A stretch of DNA of 64,000 bases from an uncultured Spirochaetaceae bacterium (GTDB lineage Bacteria > Spirochaetota > Spirochaetia > Sphaerochaetales > Sphaerochaetaceae), in NCBI GenBank assembly GCA_964582905.1, contig CAZOTY010000001.1, forward strand, positions 15,954 through 79,953, read 5' to 3'. Positions 45,399 to 55,170 of this stretch are shown here, piece after piece; the first letter of the stretch is position 1, and every line of letters begins with the position of its first letter. The translations under genes were made by a program, and so were the position numbers. Below the pieces are notes generated by a model. It made no database searches. It saw only the letters and a program-made list of their open reading frames with translations, and was not told the DNA's origin.

Positions 45399-46058
45399 AT
45401 GATCAATGTAGGAAATGGATGGCAGGAAATATTTGACGAAGAACAGAACAAACCATATTATTTGGAGCTTCGTCAGTTTCTCAAAAAAGAGTATTCCACG
45501 AAAATTATTTATCCGCCGATGCACGAAATATTTACGGCATTTACTTTAACTAGCTTTGATGACGTCAAAGTAGTTATCGTTGGACAGGATCCTTATCATG
45601 AAGCTGGACAAGCTATGGGACTCTCTTTCGCTGTGCGTGATGGAATTGAGGAGCCACCTTCTTTGAAAAATATTAAAGAAGAGCTCAGAAGAGAAGGCTT
45701 TGATACATCATCTTGGAGTTCTGATTTGTCAAGATGGAGTAGACAAGGGGTTCTTCTTATTAACAGCACACTGACAGTTGAGGCTCATAGGGCAGGATCA
45801 CATTTTAATAAAGGATGGGAGATATTTACTGATAGAGTAATAGCGGAGCTTGGACAGAGAGAAAAGCCTGTTGTCTTCATTTTATGGGGTAGTTTTGCCA
45901 GAAGCAAAAAGGTACTGATTAAAAATCCCAGACATCTTGTACTTGAGTCCCCACATCCCAGTCCATTAAGTGCATACCGTGGGTTCTTCGGAAACAACCA
46001 TTTCAGAACATGTAATGAATACCTAGTAGGAAAAGGATTAGATGGTATTGATTGGTAG
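45399..46058 (+). CDS. ung: Uracil-DNA glycosylase, family 1
   Basis: 219 aa. Catalytic motif VVIVGQDPYH and DNA-intercalation loop HPSPLSA. Confidence 0.95.
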   Translation: MINVGNGWQEIFDEEQNKPYYLELRQFLKKEYSTKIIYPPMHEIFTAFTLTSFDDVKVVIVGQDPYHEAGQAMGLSFAVRDGIEEPPSLKNIKEELRREGFDTSSWSSDLSRWSRQGVLLINSTLTVEAHRAGSHFNKGWEIFTDRVIAELGQREKPVVFILWGSFARSKKVLIKNPRHLVLESPHPSPLSAYRGFFGNNHFRTCNEYLVGKGLDGIDW

Positions 46059-46073
46059 AAATGAATTTTTACA

Positions 46074-46099
46074 ATAAAAAAAACCAGCAATGCTGGTTT
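46074..46099 (-). terminator. Intrinsic terminator after the initiator tRNA gene
   Basis: Minus-strand reading AAACCAGCA-UU-GCUGGUUU followed by 8 U. On plus it also sits just after the ung stop. Confidence 0.65.
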
Positions 46100-46100
46100 A

Positions 46101-46173
46101 TAGCAGGGGTAGGACTCGAACCTACGACCTCCGGGTTATGAGCCCGACGAGCTGCCAACTGCTCTACCCTACG
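46101..46173 (-). tRNA. Initiator tRNA-Met (CAT anticodon)
   Basis: Cloverleaf folded by hand: acceptor CGTAGGG/CCCTGCT, D-arm GAGC/GCTC, anticodon loop CTCATAA, T-arm GTAGG-TTCGAGT-CCTAC. Three consecutive G-C pairs at the base of the anticodon stem and an unpaired 1:72 position (C x U) mark it as an initiator. CCA is not encoded. Confidence 0.85.
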
Positions 46174-46399
46174 GTGACGAAACTAAACTTAAATCAATTG
46201 GTTCAAAAAGTCAACAACCTGTAAGGAGTAAAAATCAATTGCCGTTTTAATAGCATAGAGGAGAGGATTTTTGGTTTTAAAGTTTCTATAACTTATTTTG
46301 ATGGAAGAAATTAAATATAACTAATGACAAATAACGATGAATAATTTCACAGATATCACTCCTCCAGCTATTAATTTTCAGAGGCAAAAAGTATAGAAT

Positions 46400-48259
46400 A
46401 TGAGCATGTTCAAGAAGGTACTTTTTTGTTTATCTGTATTATTGATACTAATTTCCATCACTTCTTGTGATATAGAGTATCTTCTTGCGAAAGTTGAAGA
46501 CAAGATAAACAACCAAGGGCAAGATCAGAATCAAAATCAAGATCAGGAAACAGAAGAGCAACCCTCACTATCAGACAAAAATGACTGGTTGAATAATATA
46601 AACTTCTCTGAATACAAACATACAGTGGTCGCAGAACCGAATAATTTGAAGTATGCAAGTTTTGCATTTCTCCCAGATGCCACTTATAGACTTTCATCAT
46701 ATGTAAAAGACCAAGTTCGTTATGTTTCAAGGGACATACCAGGTTACACAAACTTTGCGATAAGAAAATATGATGATGAAATGAAGAACTTCTTGGACTA
46801 TAAATCTTCTGAAAAAGAATCGAAAGCTGTTCTTCCTGTGGCTGAGCTTGTTGAGTCAAATGATACGCAACTGTATCCGTCAAGTTCGGTGCTCAGCGCA
46901 AAATGCAGAGTATATGATTATGAAGGATTTACACCTATTTCGAATACCAGGGCTTCAAGCTCAAATACAACTCTCCCGTTCGGAGTATCCCATAAAAATT
47001 TAAAGGTTGGTGAAACCTTTGACTGTTATGTCAACCATTCAGGAATAAGTGTCTATCCCGATACTGTAGAAGTTGAATTGTTTAATGAATATACAGTAGA
47101 CGGGGTCACAATAAAGGTTTTTATGGAAAAGGAATGGCTGGATATACAAAAAAATGCGAGGACCTTCATAGACCAAGTACTTAGAGATACTATATCACGT
47201 TTCGTTAGTAATTATGGACCAATGACAGAAACATTCACGTCTCCTTTAGACAGAGACGGAAATAATGCAATCAATTTTGTTTTCCATAGTTATGTAAGTG
47301 AGGGTGTATTGGGATATTTTGTTCCATTTGATCTTTGGTTCACCGGCAGTGAGACTGAAGGGATTTCAAATGAAGGTGAATTCCTATATTATCCATTTGA
47401 TTTGTTTTTTGAGGCGTCAGATAGTTTGAAATACAGCAATGCATATTATTATGCTGTTTTAGATACGTATGTTGGAACCATGGTCCATGAATTCCAGCAT
47501 TTATTGCACACATGTTATCAGATAAAAAATAATTTTGGATATTTCAGTACTTCATATGTTACATGGATTACCGAAGGCTTATCTATGTGTGCAGAATCTC
47601 TAATGGGGTATAGCGAGATTAGCGGTCTTGGGGATTATGTAATAACTTATTTGCTTGATTCAAATAGGTATTCCCTGCTTGGGGTATGGCCACAGGGAGA
47701 ATCTGCCCCATACGGACAGGCTTACCTTTTCATCCGTTATCTGATGTCCAGATTCGGAGAACAAAAGATTATTAAAGGTTTGTATGACATCAACTATTTG
47801 CAGGGAGATTTAAATATCCAGTGGGATGATGTCAGGCAAATTGAGTATATAACAGGATTGAGTATAAGAGAGTTGTATGCAGATTTTGCGACTATGCTTA
47901 TCAGGACAGGTATAATTTCGAATAATGAATCTAAATACAATGTGGCAGCATTCAATGGAGAGGAAATCAGCCTGGCAGAATGTTTGCAATATACATCGTG
48001 GAATGCGACAATCAATGCAAAGAACAATGCAAAAAATGGTTATCTGACAAATATCCAGAAAGTATTTAGTCTAAATCAACCTATATATGCAGAACCTATG
48101 AGTCTCATTTTCACATGCTGGACAGACGAAGCTTTCACTTTGACAAATTCTGATGGAAGTAAGACGGTTTATGATGCCTATGATTCATCAAATGAAGGCT
48201 TTACAATTATTTCTGATAAGCGAACGCCAGTAGCAATCAGTTTGTTGCACTACAATTAG
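46400..48259 (+). CDS. HExxH zinc-metalloprotease lipoprotein (possibly M30/hyicolysin-like), paralog A
   Basis: 619 aa. Lipobox ITSC, Q/N/D-rich linker, MVHEFQHLLH plus downstream TEGLSMCAES (candidate third ligand). Paralogous to 56572-58338. Confidence 0.55.
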   Translation: MSMFKKVLFCLSVLLILISITSCDIEYLLAKVEDKINNQGQDQNQNQDQETEEQPSLSDKNDWLNNINFSEYKHTVVAEPNNLKYASFAFLPDATYRLSSYVKDQVRYVSRDIPGYTNFAIRKYDDEMKNFLDYKSSEKESKAVLPVAELVESNDTQLYPSSSVLSAKCRVYDYEGFTPISNTRASSSNTTLPFGVSHKNLKVGETFDCYVNHSGISVYPDTVEVELFNEYTVDGVTIKVFMEKEWLDIQKNARTFIDQVLRDTISRFVSNYGPMTETFTSPLDRDGNNAINFVFHSYVSEGVLGYFVPFDLWFTGSETEGISNEGEFLYYPFDLFFEASDSLKYSNAYYYAVLDTYVGTMVHEFQHLLHTCYQIKNNFGYFSTSYVTWITEGLSMCAESLMGYSEISGLGDYVITYLLDSNRYSLLGVWPQGESAPYGQAYLFIRYLMSRFGEQKIIKGLYDINYLQGDLNIQWDDVRQIEYITGLSIRELYADFATMLIRTGIISNNESKYNVAAFNGEEISLAECLQYTSWNATINAKNNAKNGYLTNIQKVFSLNQPIYAEPMSLIFTCWTDEAFTLTNSDGSKTVYDAYDSSNEGFTIISDKRTPVAISLLHYN

Positions 48260-48855
48260 AAACTTGTTATAAGGATTTCCAATCCAATAAGGATAAGGAT
48301 TATCCCGCCAATATACGGAGCATACGGTGAGAACTTTTTTCCTAGTGATTTGCCGAGCAGTATTCCAAGCGTGCATATGAAATAGGTGACTACTGCAATA
48401 ATCAGACAGCAGATTAATGTTGAACTTATGTCATATCCAGAGAGGGTAAGTCCAACCGAGAGCGCATCAATGCTGGTGGCAATGCCCTGAACGAGCAGTA
48501 TACCAAAAGAAAGTTTTGCCTCTGTAATTACTGTAGTGCTGTTTTCGGCTTTTTTTCCTTCCCTGATTCCATCAGCAATCATTTTTATTCCGAGAAACAG
48601 GAGTGTAATAAAAGCTATATACGGGATTATCTTATTCAGGACTTCAAAGACTGAAGTCATGAACGTAATGAAAACCCAACCAAGAAATGGCATTAAAAAC
48701 TGGAAAAATGAAAAAACAAAGGGTATAACAAACCTTAAAGATCCTTTTACATTCTGGTATCTCAGGCCATCTGCAATTGACACTGAAAAAGCATCCATCG
48801 CAAGGGCAATCCCCAAAAGCATGCTATTAATAATGAAAGCAAGAGACAAATTCAT
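48256..48855 (-). CDS. mntP: Manganese efflux pump MntP
   Basis: 199 aa, 6 TM. Duplicated DUF204 signature (LAMDAFSVSIADG and ATSIDALSVGLT). Confidence 0.85.
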   Translation of the reverse strand: MNLSLAFIINSMLLGIALAMDAFSVSIADGLRYQNVKGSLRFVIPFVFSFFQFLMPFLGWVFITFMTSVFEVLNKIIPYIAFITLLFLGIKMIADGIREGKKAENSTTVITEAKLSFGILLVQGIATSIDALSVGLTLSGYDISSTLICCLIIAVVTYFICTLGILLGKSLGKKFSPYAPYIGGIILILIGLEILITSF

Positions 48856-48966
48856 TTTCCTATGATTAAAACATAAACATATTGTCTTTGTACATAATTG
48901 ACCTATAAAAGTGCAAAGTTTAACATATAAATTATTAAATAAATAATTACAGTAAAAGGATTAAAT

Positions 48967-49566
48967 ATGATCTACTCTAACATCAACAATAATTGGGAAG
49001 GCGCTGGTTACTCAAAACTAGTCGAGAGAGTATTCTCCTATTTAAAGAAGAATGATTTTGAAGAAGTTGAACCGGGAATTTATGAACTTGCAGGAAAAGA
49101 TATTTATGCACAGGTTTTTGACGCAGTTAGTAAACCCATTAATGAAACCAAGCAGGAATTCCATAAAGAATATGTCGATTTCCAGTATTGGGTAAGTGGA
49201 AGCGAGTATTTTGGAGTTACAACCAAGAAAAGTGAACCTCAGATCATATCTTCCTATGAGGAAAAAGATCTGTATTACTGTGTAACAAGTGAAGATGAAT
49301 CTTTGATAAAGGCAGAAAAGGGGGATGTCATTGTTGTATTTCCCAATGATATTCACCGCCCCGGAATCACACTTGATGAGTCAAAGACTTATAGAAAGGT
49401 TGTTGTAAAAGTAAGGGCTTCCTTATTCAAAGGAGAAGCCTTTGAGGAAAAGGCAGAAGAAAAGAAAGCTGAGGCTGTTAACAGTGAGGAAACAAAATCT
49501 GAAGAAGCTGTACCAGAAGTGACAGTGAGTGCTGAAACTTCATCAGAGAGTCCAGTTCAAGCTTAA
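48967..49566 (+). CDS. YhcH/YjgK/YiaL-family (DUF386) cupin-like protein with acidic C-terminal tail
   Basis: FHKEYVDFQYWVSGSEYFGV and VVFPNDIHRPG match the YhcH family. The last ~45 aa are E/K/A/S-rich low complexity. Confidence 0.7.
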   Translation: MIYSNINNNWEGAGYSKLVERVFSYLKKNDFEEVEPGIYELAGKDIYAQVFDAVSKPINETKQEFHKEYVDFQYWVSGSEYFGVTTKKSEPQIISSYEEKDLYYCVTSEDESLIKAEKGDVIVVFPNDIHRPGITLDESKTYRKVVVKVRASLFKGEAFEEKAEEKKAEAVNSEETKSEEAVPEVTVSAETSSESPVQA

Positions 49567-49585
49567 AAAACTTTAAGGATGATAT

Positions 49586-49609
49586 GCCGGCAGGAAGCCG
49601 GCTTTTTTT
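49586..49609 (+). terminator. Intrinsic terminator
   Basis: GCCGGC-AGGAA-GCCGGC hairpin followed by 7 U, 20 nt after the stop. Confidence 0.7.
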
Positions 49610-49797
49610 ATTATTTTGACAATTATCAGAAATAGTCTTATTTCGTATGACATAGATAAAACATATGATTTTTTATTTTTTTCAAAAAACTACTTTAATG
49701 AGAGTTCCTCTGGTGGTAGAATGAAATTGTCGATACAGGTGTAGGTGAGAGTGCGCTTGTTTCCATATTGCAAGTAAGGTATATTTCGAGGAGAAAT

Positions 49798-50190
49798 ATG
49801 CTACCAGGAAGAATTAATAAAATTCTCATTGCTGATGACAATGACTTAAACTCAAGAATCCTATCCGAAATTTTAAGACTTGAAGGGTGTCAGTCTGACA
49901 TTGCTTTAGATGGAGAGCAGGTGATTAAGATGTTCTCTGAAAGCGAGGAAGGCACCTACAGTGCAATATTGATGGACATTAATATGCCAAAGCTTAACGG
50001 ATGGGAAACGACCAGAAGAATCAGAAACATGGAAAGACCAGATGGGAAGACTGTCAAAATTTTTGCATGTTCAGGCTCTGATTACAACGAAGACAGAAGA
50101 AAAGCAAAAGAAGTTGGAATGGATGGGTTTTTATCAAAACCGGTTGATATTGATGAACTTGTCTATTTGCTGAGAAGAACATTCCGGTAG
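49798..50190 (+). CDS. Stand-alone response-regulator receiver protein
   Basis: ATG at 49798 after GAGGAG. KILIADDNDLN, ILMDINMPKLNG and the conserved K in FLSKP. Confidence 0.8.
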   Translation: MLPGRINKILIADDNDLNSRILSEILRLEGCQSDIALDGEQVIKMFSESEEGTYSAILMDINMPKLNGWETTRRIRNMERPDGKTVKIFACSGSDYNEDRRKAKEVGMDGFLSKPVDIDELVYLLRRTFR

Positions 50191-50299
50191 TAACTTCTTG
50201 GAATTCAAGGTTTTATACTAAGTAAAGTATAAATTTGAAATTGCCACTTTTTGATTAATGGTTAAGAATATTAGCTATAGATAAAAAAGGGGAATAAAT

Positions 50300-50866
50300 T
50301 TGTCTAAACTTACTAAGAAAACTTTGAGTGACGCTCTGCTTTCTCTTTTGGATGAGAAGCCGATTTCAAAGATAACAATTACGGATATTACTGACAGGGC
50401 TGATGTCAACAGACATACATTTTATTACCATTTCAAGAATATAGATGATCTTATAAGCTATTATTTTTCAGAAAAGGCAGATCAGCTTATAAAACGGCAC
50501 AGCCTTCATGCTAGTTGGGAAGACAGTTTCCTTTCCCTTCTGGAATTTGCAAAAGAGAATAGCAAATATATACTGATAATTATCCATTCTCCAAGCAGCA
50601 ATGTGCTTTATAGGCTATTTAATGAACTAGCATCCAGTTTCCTTGTAAAGTTTGTTGATAAATTTGATGAGGGCAGTGAACTGAATGAGGCAGATAAAAA
50701 GTTTATTGTAGATTTTTATAAACATGCGGTAGTGGGGATAATTCTTGACTGGCTTGACTCATACATGATGGAAAGCCCGAAAAAGCTTATAGCAAAAATT
50801 GACATTATGCTTAGCGGACAGATTAAGAGTTGTGTAGACAGATTCATTTTTAATAGTTTGGAATAA
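50300..50866 (+). CDS. TetR/AcrR-family transcriptional regulator
   Basis: 188 aa, TTG start. N-terminal HTH ISKITITDITDRADVNRHTFYYHFKNIDDL. Confidence 0.8.
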   Translation: MSKLTKKTLSDALLSLLDEKPISKITITDITDRADVNRHTFYYHFKNIDDLISYYFSEKADQLIKRHSLHASWEDSFLSLLEFAKENSKYILIIIHSPSSNVLYRLFNELASSFLVKFVDKFDEGSELNEADKKFIVDFYKHAVVGIILDWLDSYMMESPKKLIAKIDIMLSGQIKSCVDRFIFNSLE

Positions 50867-50877
50867 TAGAAATAAAA

Positions 50878-50906
50878 TAAAAAGTGAGGGAACGCCTCAC
50901 TTTCTT
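50878..50906. terminator. Bidirectional intrinsic terminator
   Basis: GTGAGG-GAACG-CCTCAC flanked by an A-run and a U-rich run, between convergent genes. Confidence 0.6.
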
Positions 50907-50935
50907 ATCCATGTAAAAATCTATGTAGTAATTCA

Positions 50936-51679
50936 CTACAGGATGTGATTCAAGAAATCTTTTGTCCTTTGATTCTTTGGGGAAGTAAACATATCTTCTG
51001 GGGCCTGGATCTCAATGATTTCTCCATTGTCCATAAAAACCACCTTATCTGCAGCTGCTCTGGCAAATCCCATTTCATGTGTGACAAGAAGCATTGTCAT
51101 CCCTTCTTCTGCAAGTTCAACCATTACATCTAGAACTTCCTTAATCATTTCAGGATCTAAAGCTGAGGTTGGTTCATCAAAAAGCATGGCCTTTGGCTTC
51201 ATTGCAAGAGATCTTGCAATAGCAACGCGCTGTTGCTGTCCGCCTGAGAGTTGTGAAGGCTTCTGGTTTGCCTTATCTTCAAGACCAACACGCTTCAGAA
51301 GAGACATGGCGAGTTCCTCTGCTTCTGCTTTTTTCATCTTTTTTACTTTAATCGGAGCGAGTGTTATATTATCCAGGACAGTCAGGTGAGGAAAGAGGTT
51401 GAAGCTCTGGAATACCATGCCGACTTCCTCCCTTATTTGCCTGATGTCAGTGTTCTTATCCATAACATCAAGTCCATCGATTATAATGTGCCCTTTCTGG
51501 GCTTTTTCCAGCCCATTCACGCACCTTAGTAGGGTAGACTTACCACTTCCAGATGGTCCAATAATAACAACGACTTCTCCATCGTTTACTGTTAAGGAAG
51601 CATCCTTGACAGCGTGAAGGATAGAGCCGTCATTATTTTCATAATCCTTATAAAGGTTCTTTATTTCAATTTTAGCCAT
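50936..51679 (-). CDS. Polar amino-acid ABC transporter ATP-binding protein (GlnQ type)
   Basis: Walker [10 protein letters not shown], signature [15 protein letters not shown], Walker [12 protein letters not shown]. Confidence 0.9.
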   Translation of the reverse strand: MAKIEIKNLYKDYENNDGSILHAVKDASLTVNDGEVVVIIGPSGSGKSTLLRCVNGLEKAQKGHIIIDGLDVMDKNTDIRQIREEVGMVFQSFNLFPHLTVLDNITLAPIKVKKMKKAEAEELAMSLLKRVGLEDKANQKPSQLSGGQQQRVAIARSLAMKPKAMLFDEPTSALDPEMIKEVLDVMVELAEEGMTMLLVTHEMGFARAAADKVVFMDNGEIIEIQAPEDMFTSPKNQRTKDFLNHIL

Positions 51680-52565
51680 TTTTATGTAACCTCTCTTCCA
51701 TTAATCCAACCAGACGGGAGAGAATCAATGTAAAAATCAGGTAAATAAGTGCGACAACAAGCATAGTCTGCAGAGACTCAAAGGTCCTTGAAATATACTC
51801 TCTTCCACGCTTGAGAATATCTGAAAGGGCCAGAACCGAAACGAGCGATGAATCCTTGAGCATTGATATGAATTCATTTCCTATTGCGGGAAGGACAATT
51901 TTGATTGTCTGAGGAAGTGTGACATGGAAGAAAATCTGCCCTTTAGATAACCCGAGTGCCTTTGCTGCTTCAATCTGGCCTTTAGGAATTGCCTGGATTC
52001 CGGCTCTGATAATCTCACCCATATACGCACCAAAACAGATGGATAAAGCAATTATTGCGGCAATAATCCCTTCTAGGTGAATAAGTGAGCCGAGAGCAAA
52101 ATAAAGGAACATCAGCTGGACAAGTAGGGGAATACCCCTAATCAGTTCAACGTACACTCCACAAATTCCATTTATGAGCCTGTTTTTGGAAACTGAGCCA
52201 AGACCTGTTAGTGTTCCTATTATAACTGCGCCGAAAATTGCGAAAATTGTACATTCAAAAGTAGTTGGAGCACCTTTGATTGTGAATTTGAAAATTTCCC
52301 AGTATGGATGAGTTGTAACACCTTTGCTGTTTGTTTTTGTAATAAATGCACAAAGGCATACAAGAAGAATAACTGCACCAAAAAAGGTTATTCTCCAGCT
52401 GGAAACTATATGCTTATTCTTCTTATTCGGAATAAGGACCCCGTCAGTCATTGTAATAGTCTTTGAAGAGCTTTCTTCAGGATCGTGCGATTTTGAAACA
52501 ACCTTCTTCTTTGCTATCTGTCTTTTTATATCCTCTTCGAGGATGTCCTTTTTATTATCATCCAT
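51672..52565 (-). CDS. Polar amino-acid ABC transporter permease (HisM/GlnP type) with hydrophilic N-terminal extension
   Basis: 297 aa. EAA-like loop [23 protein letters not shown]. Overlaps the ATPase gene by 8 nt. Confidence 0.85.
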   Translation of the reverse strand: MDDNKKDILEEDIKRQIAKKKVVSKSHDPEESSSKTITMTDGVLIPNKKNKHIVSSWRITFFGAVILLVCLCAFITKTNSKGVTTHPYWEIFKFTIKGAPTTFECTIFAIFGAVIIGTLTGLGSVSKNRLINGICGVYVELIRGIPLLVQLMFLYFALGSLIHLEGIIAAIIALSICFGAYMGEIIRAGIQAIPKGQIEAAKALGLSKGQIFFHVTLPQTIKIVLPAIGNEFISMLKDSSLVSVLALSDILKRGREYISRTFESLQTMLVVALIYLIFTLILSRLVGLMEERLHKNG

Positions 52566-52629
52566 ACTTTTTCACCAAAATAAAGAAAAGGGCAGGACGT
52601 ATGTTCTGCCCCTGTGTTTTAATTAATTA

Positions 52630-53397
52630 TTAGTCAATAGCTATGTTATACTTTTTCTTAAGTTCATTAACTTTACCGCTCTTAACAAGGTTCTGGTACC
52701 CAGCTTCAAGCTTTTTGATAAAGTCATTTCCCTTCTTAGTACACATTGCGATGTCTTCATTCTCTGCATTTTCAATGTAACCAGAGATTACGAGCTTTGA
52801 ACCGAGTGATGAATTTGCCATTACATAATCGGATGCAACAACAGAGTCAACAACAACAGCATCGATGTTTCCGTTTGTCAAATCCAGAACTGCTTCAGGG
52901 ATAGCATCAAACTTCTTCAGGTTCTTAATCCCATTATCATCACAAGCAAAGTGACCTGTTGTTCCATTCTGAACACCTACAGTCTTGTTCACCAAATCTT
53001 TCTCGTTTTTAGAATGAGGACCATCTGCCTTAACGAGGATAGCCTGTTTGAGTGTTACAAATGGACTTGTAAAATCAAGGCTTTCCTTTCTTTCTTCAGT
53101 GATTGTAACACCTGAGGCAACTGCATCATACATACCTGTCTGCAAACCGGCAAAGATACCATCCCATGCAACATTAAGGATATTGACCTCAAAGCCCTGA
53201 TCAGCGGCAATTTCCTTTACCAAATCCATCTCAAAACCTGTTATGTTTCCTTTTTCATCAACATACTCAAAAGGTGGCCATTCACAGTTTGCTGCAACTG
53301 TATAAACACTCTTATTCTTTGCTTCCTTATTGCCGTTAGCAGCAAGTGGAAGTACTAACATTGCTATTGCCAAAAAAACAACTAAAAGTTTCTTCAT
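52630..53397 (-). CDS. Polar amino-acid ABC transporter substrate-binding protein (family 3)
   Basis: 255 aa, signal peptide, WPPFEY and GFEMDLVKEIA blocks typical of SBP_bac_3. Confidence 0.85.
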   Translation of the reverse strand: MKKLLVVFLAIAMLVLPLAANGNKEAKNKSVYTVAANCEWPPFEYVDEKGNITGFEMDLVKEIAADQGFEVNILNVAWDGIFAGLQTGMYDAVASGVTITEERKESLDFTSPFVTLKQAILVKADGPHSKNEKDLVNKTVGVQNGTTGHFACDDNGIKNLKKFDAIPEAVLDLTNGNIDAVVVDSVVASDYVMANSSLGSKLVISGYIENAENEDIAMCTKKGNDFIKKLEAGYQNLVKSGKVNELKKKYNIAID

Positions 53398-53613
53398 ATT
53401 TTCATCCCCTTATTTGATGCTCTAATATTGAATGAAGTAGTAATTATGGTCAATATATTTTTTGCATAAATTTGCAAAAAATATGCAGAAATATGTAAAT
53501 TTTTTAATATATAAATTTCGTAATTGAATTCAATAAATCGACTAATTTATTATATATAAATAAAATAAGTCAGAATATTGATATTCGGACCAGCTTTTAT
53601 TAATTTTGCATAT

Positions 53614-55044
53614 TTATGCATTTTTGAGTAAATCCGCATAGAGCGGTGTTTCTTTTTCAAGTGGCTTGATTGTTGTCTTATAAACATTGATAAAGAAAAG
53701 GCCCGAAATCAGGAGGGATACCACTTCAGCAATTGGGTATGAAAACCACAGTGCATTAAGTCCGAACAATCTTCCGAGGATATAGGCCGATGGAATCAAG
53801 GCAATAAGCTGACGGGTAAAAGATACAATCATACATGCAAAACCACGACCTAATGCTTGGAATGAAGACATCAGGACAATACAGAAGGCCGCAATCGGGA
53901 AGTGCAAGGCAATGATTCGCAGAGCAGGAACACCGATTTCAAGCATCTCAGGGCTTGCGCTGAAGAGAGAAAGAAGCACGGTGGGGAAAATGGTAAATAG
54001 GAGTGCTCCGGAAGTAACAAGAGCGAAAGCAATGATTGCTCCGAACTTGAGAGTCTGGACCAGACGCTTTTTGCACTTGGCACCGAAGTTGAAAGCAATA
54101 ATAGGAATCATGCCTGAATTAAGCCCGAAAATAGGCATAAAAACAAAGCTCTGGAGTTTGAAATACACTCCAAAGACTGCAACTGCAGTGTTCCCTGAAA
54201 GCCCACCGACAAGCATGAGAATCATATTCATTGCAGAAACCATTACAGTGCCTATTGAGTTTGTTATAATTGTGGGCAACCCTACTGCATATATACCCTT
54301 TATAATTAACTTGTCCGGTTTTATCCTTTTTATTTTGACCTTTATATACTGGTTTTTCCTGACAAAGTATATGGCAAAAAACATTCCGACAAACTGTCCG
54401 ATGACCGTAGCAATAGCAGCTCCCTGTACTCCGAGACCAAACACGAATATAAAAACCGGATCCAAAATAATATTGGTTATTGCTCCTGATAGCTGGGTAA
54501 TCATCGGATGAATTGAGTCTCCTGTTGCTTGCAGTATCCTTTCAACGGTGATATCTACAAAAAGTCCAAACGAAAATACCATGACTATTAGGGCATAAGA
54601 ATTGGCCATTGATAAAATTTCAGGGTCATCTGTATAAAGCCTCAGAAATGGGCGGGCGCCAAATATCCCTATAAGAGCAAAAACAATCCATGTTGCAATA
54701 GACAGAAAAAGACCGTTTTCTGCAGCTTTTTCAGCCTCTTCTGGTTTTCCTTCTCCAAGCTTTCTTGCCAGAAATGAGTTGACACCGACTGCAGTTCCAA
54801 CGGAAAAAGCTATAAGAAGGTTCTGGAGCGGAAAGGCAAGAGATACAGCTGTCAGGGCATTTTCACTGACTTTGGCAACGAAGATTGAGTCAACAACGTT
54901 ATATAAAGCCTGTACAAGCATGCTAAGCATGAGTGGTATGGATATACTTAAAACGAGCTTTGGAATAGGCTTATAAGCCATAGGATTAACTTTATTGGTG
55001 TTTTTCACAAATAGGCTTTTAGCAAATATGGATATTTGTGTCAA
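53614..55044 (-). CDS. MATE-family multidrug/compound efflux transporter
   Basis: About 12 TM. PLMLSMLVQALYNVVDSIFV is the typical MATE N-terminal block. A shorter start at M22 (54981) is possible. Confidence 0.8.
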   Translation of the reverse strand: MTQISIFAKSLFVKNTNKVNPMAYKPIPKLVLSISIPLMLSMLVQALYNVVDSIFVAKVSENALTAVSLAFPLQNLLIAFSVGTAVGVNSFLARKLGEGKPEEAEKAAENGLFLSIATWIVFALIGIFGARPFLRLYTDDPEILSMANSYALIVMVFSFGLFVDITVERILQATGDSIHPMITQLSGAITNIILDPVFIFVFGLGVQGAAIATVIGQFVGMFFAIYFVRKNQYIKVKIKRIKPDKLIIKGIYAVGLPTIITNSIGTVMVSAMNMILMLVGGLSGNTAVAVFGVYFKLQSFVFMPIFGLNSGMIPIIAFNFGAKCKKRLVQTLKFGAIIAFALVTSGALLFTIFPTVLLSLFSASPEMLEIGVPALRIIALHFPIAAFCIVLMSSFQALGRGFACMIVSFTRQLIALIPSAYILGRLFGLNALWFSYPIAEVVSLLISGLFFINVYKTTIKPLEKETPLYADLLKNA

Positions 55045-55170
55045 TAAATTTTAAGAAATCAAAATTAATTCCATATTACCAAAAGAAAAACATTATTTAA
55101 AATCCAACTTTACTTCTAATCTATTGATTGAAAATCATAGTTTTTTTTATGATAGTGGAGGAGAAAGAAG

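Noticed and set aside
46520-46552. CAAGATCAGAATCAAAATCAAGATCAG repeat as a phase-variable simple sequence repeat
   Set aside because: It is an imperfect codon-level repeat encoding a QDQNQNQDQ linker just after the lipoprotein Cys. It is in-frame and low-copy, so it is not a slippage-prone homopolymer or short tandem tract.
48856-48966. yybP-ykoY manganese riboswitch upstream of mntP
   Set aside because: The intergenic region is only 111 nt, is shared with a divergent gene, and has no four-way-junction-like conserved GGAGAGUAG / GACA elements.
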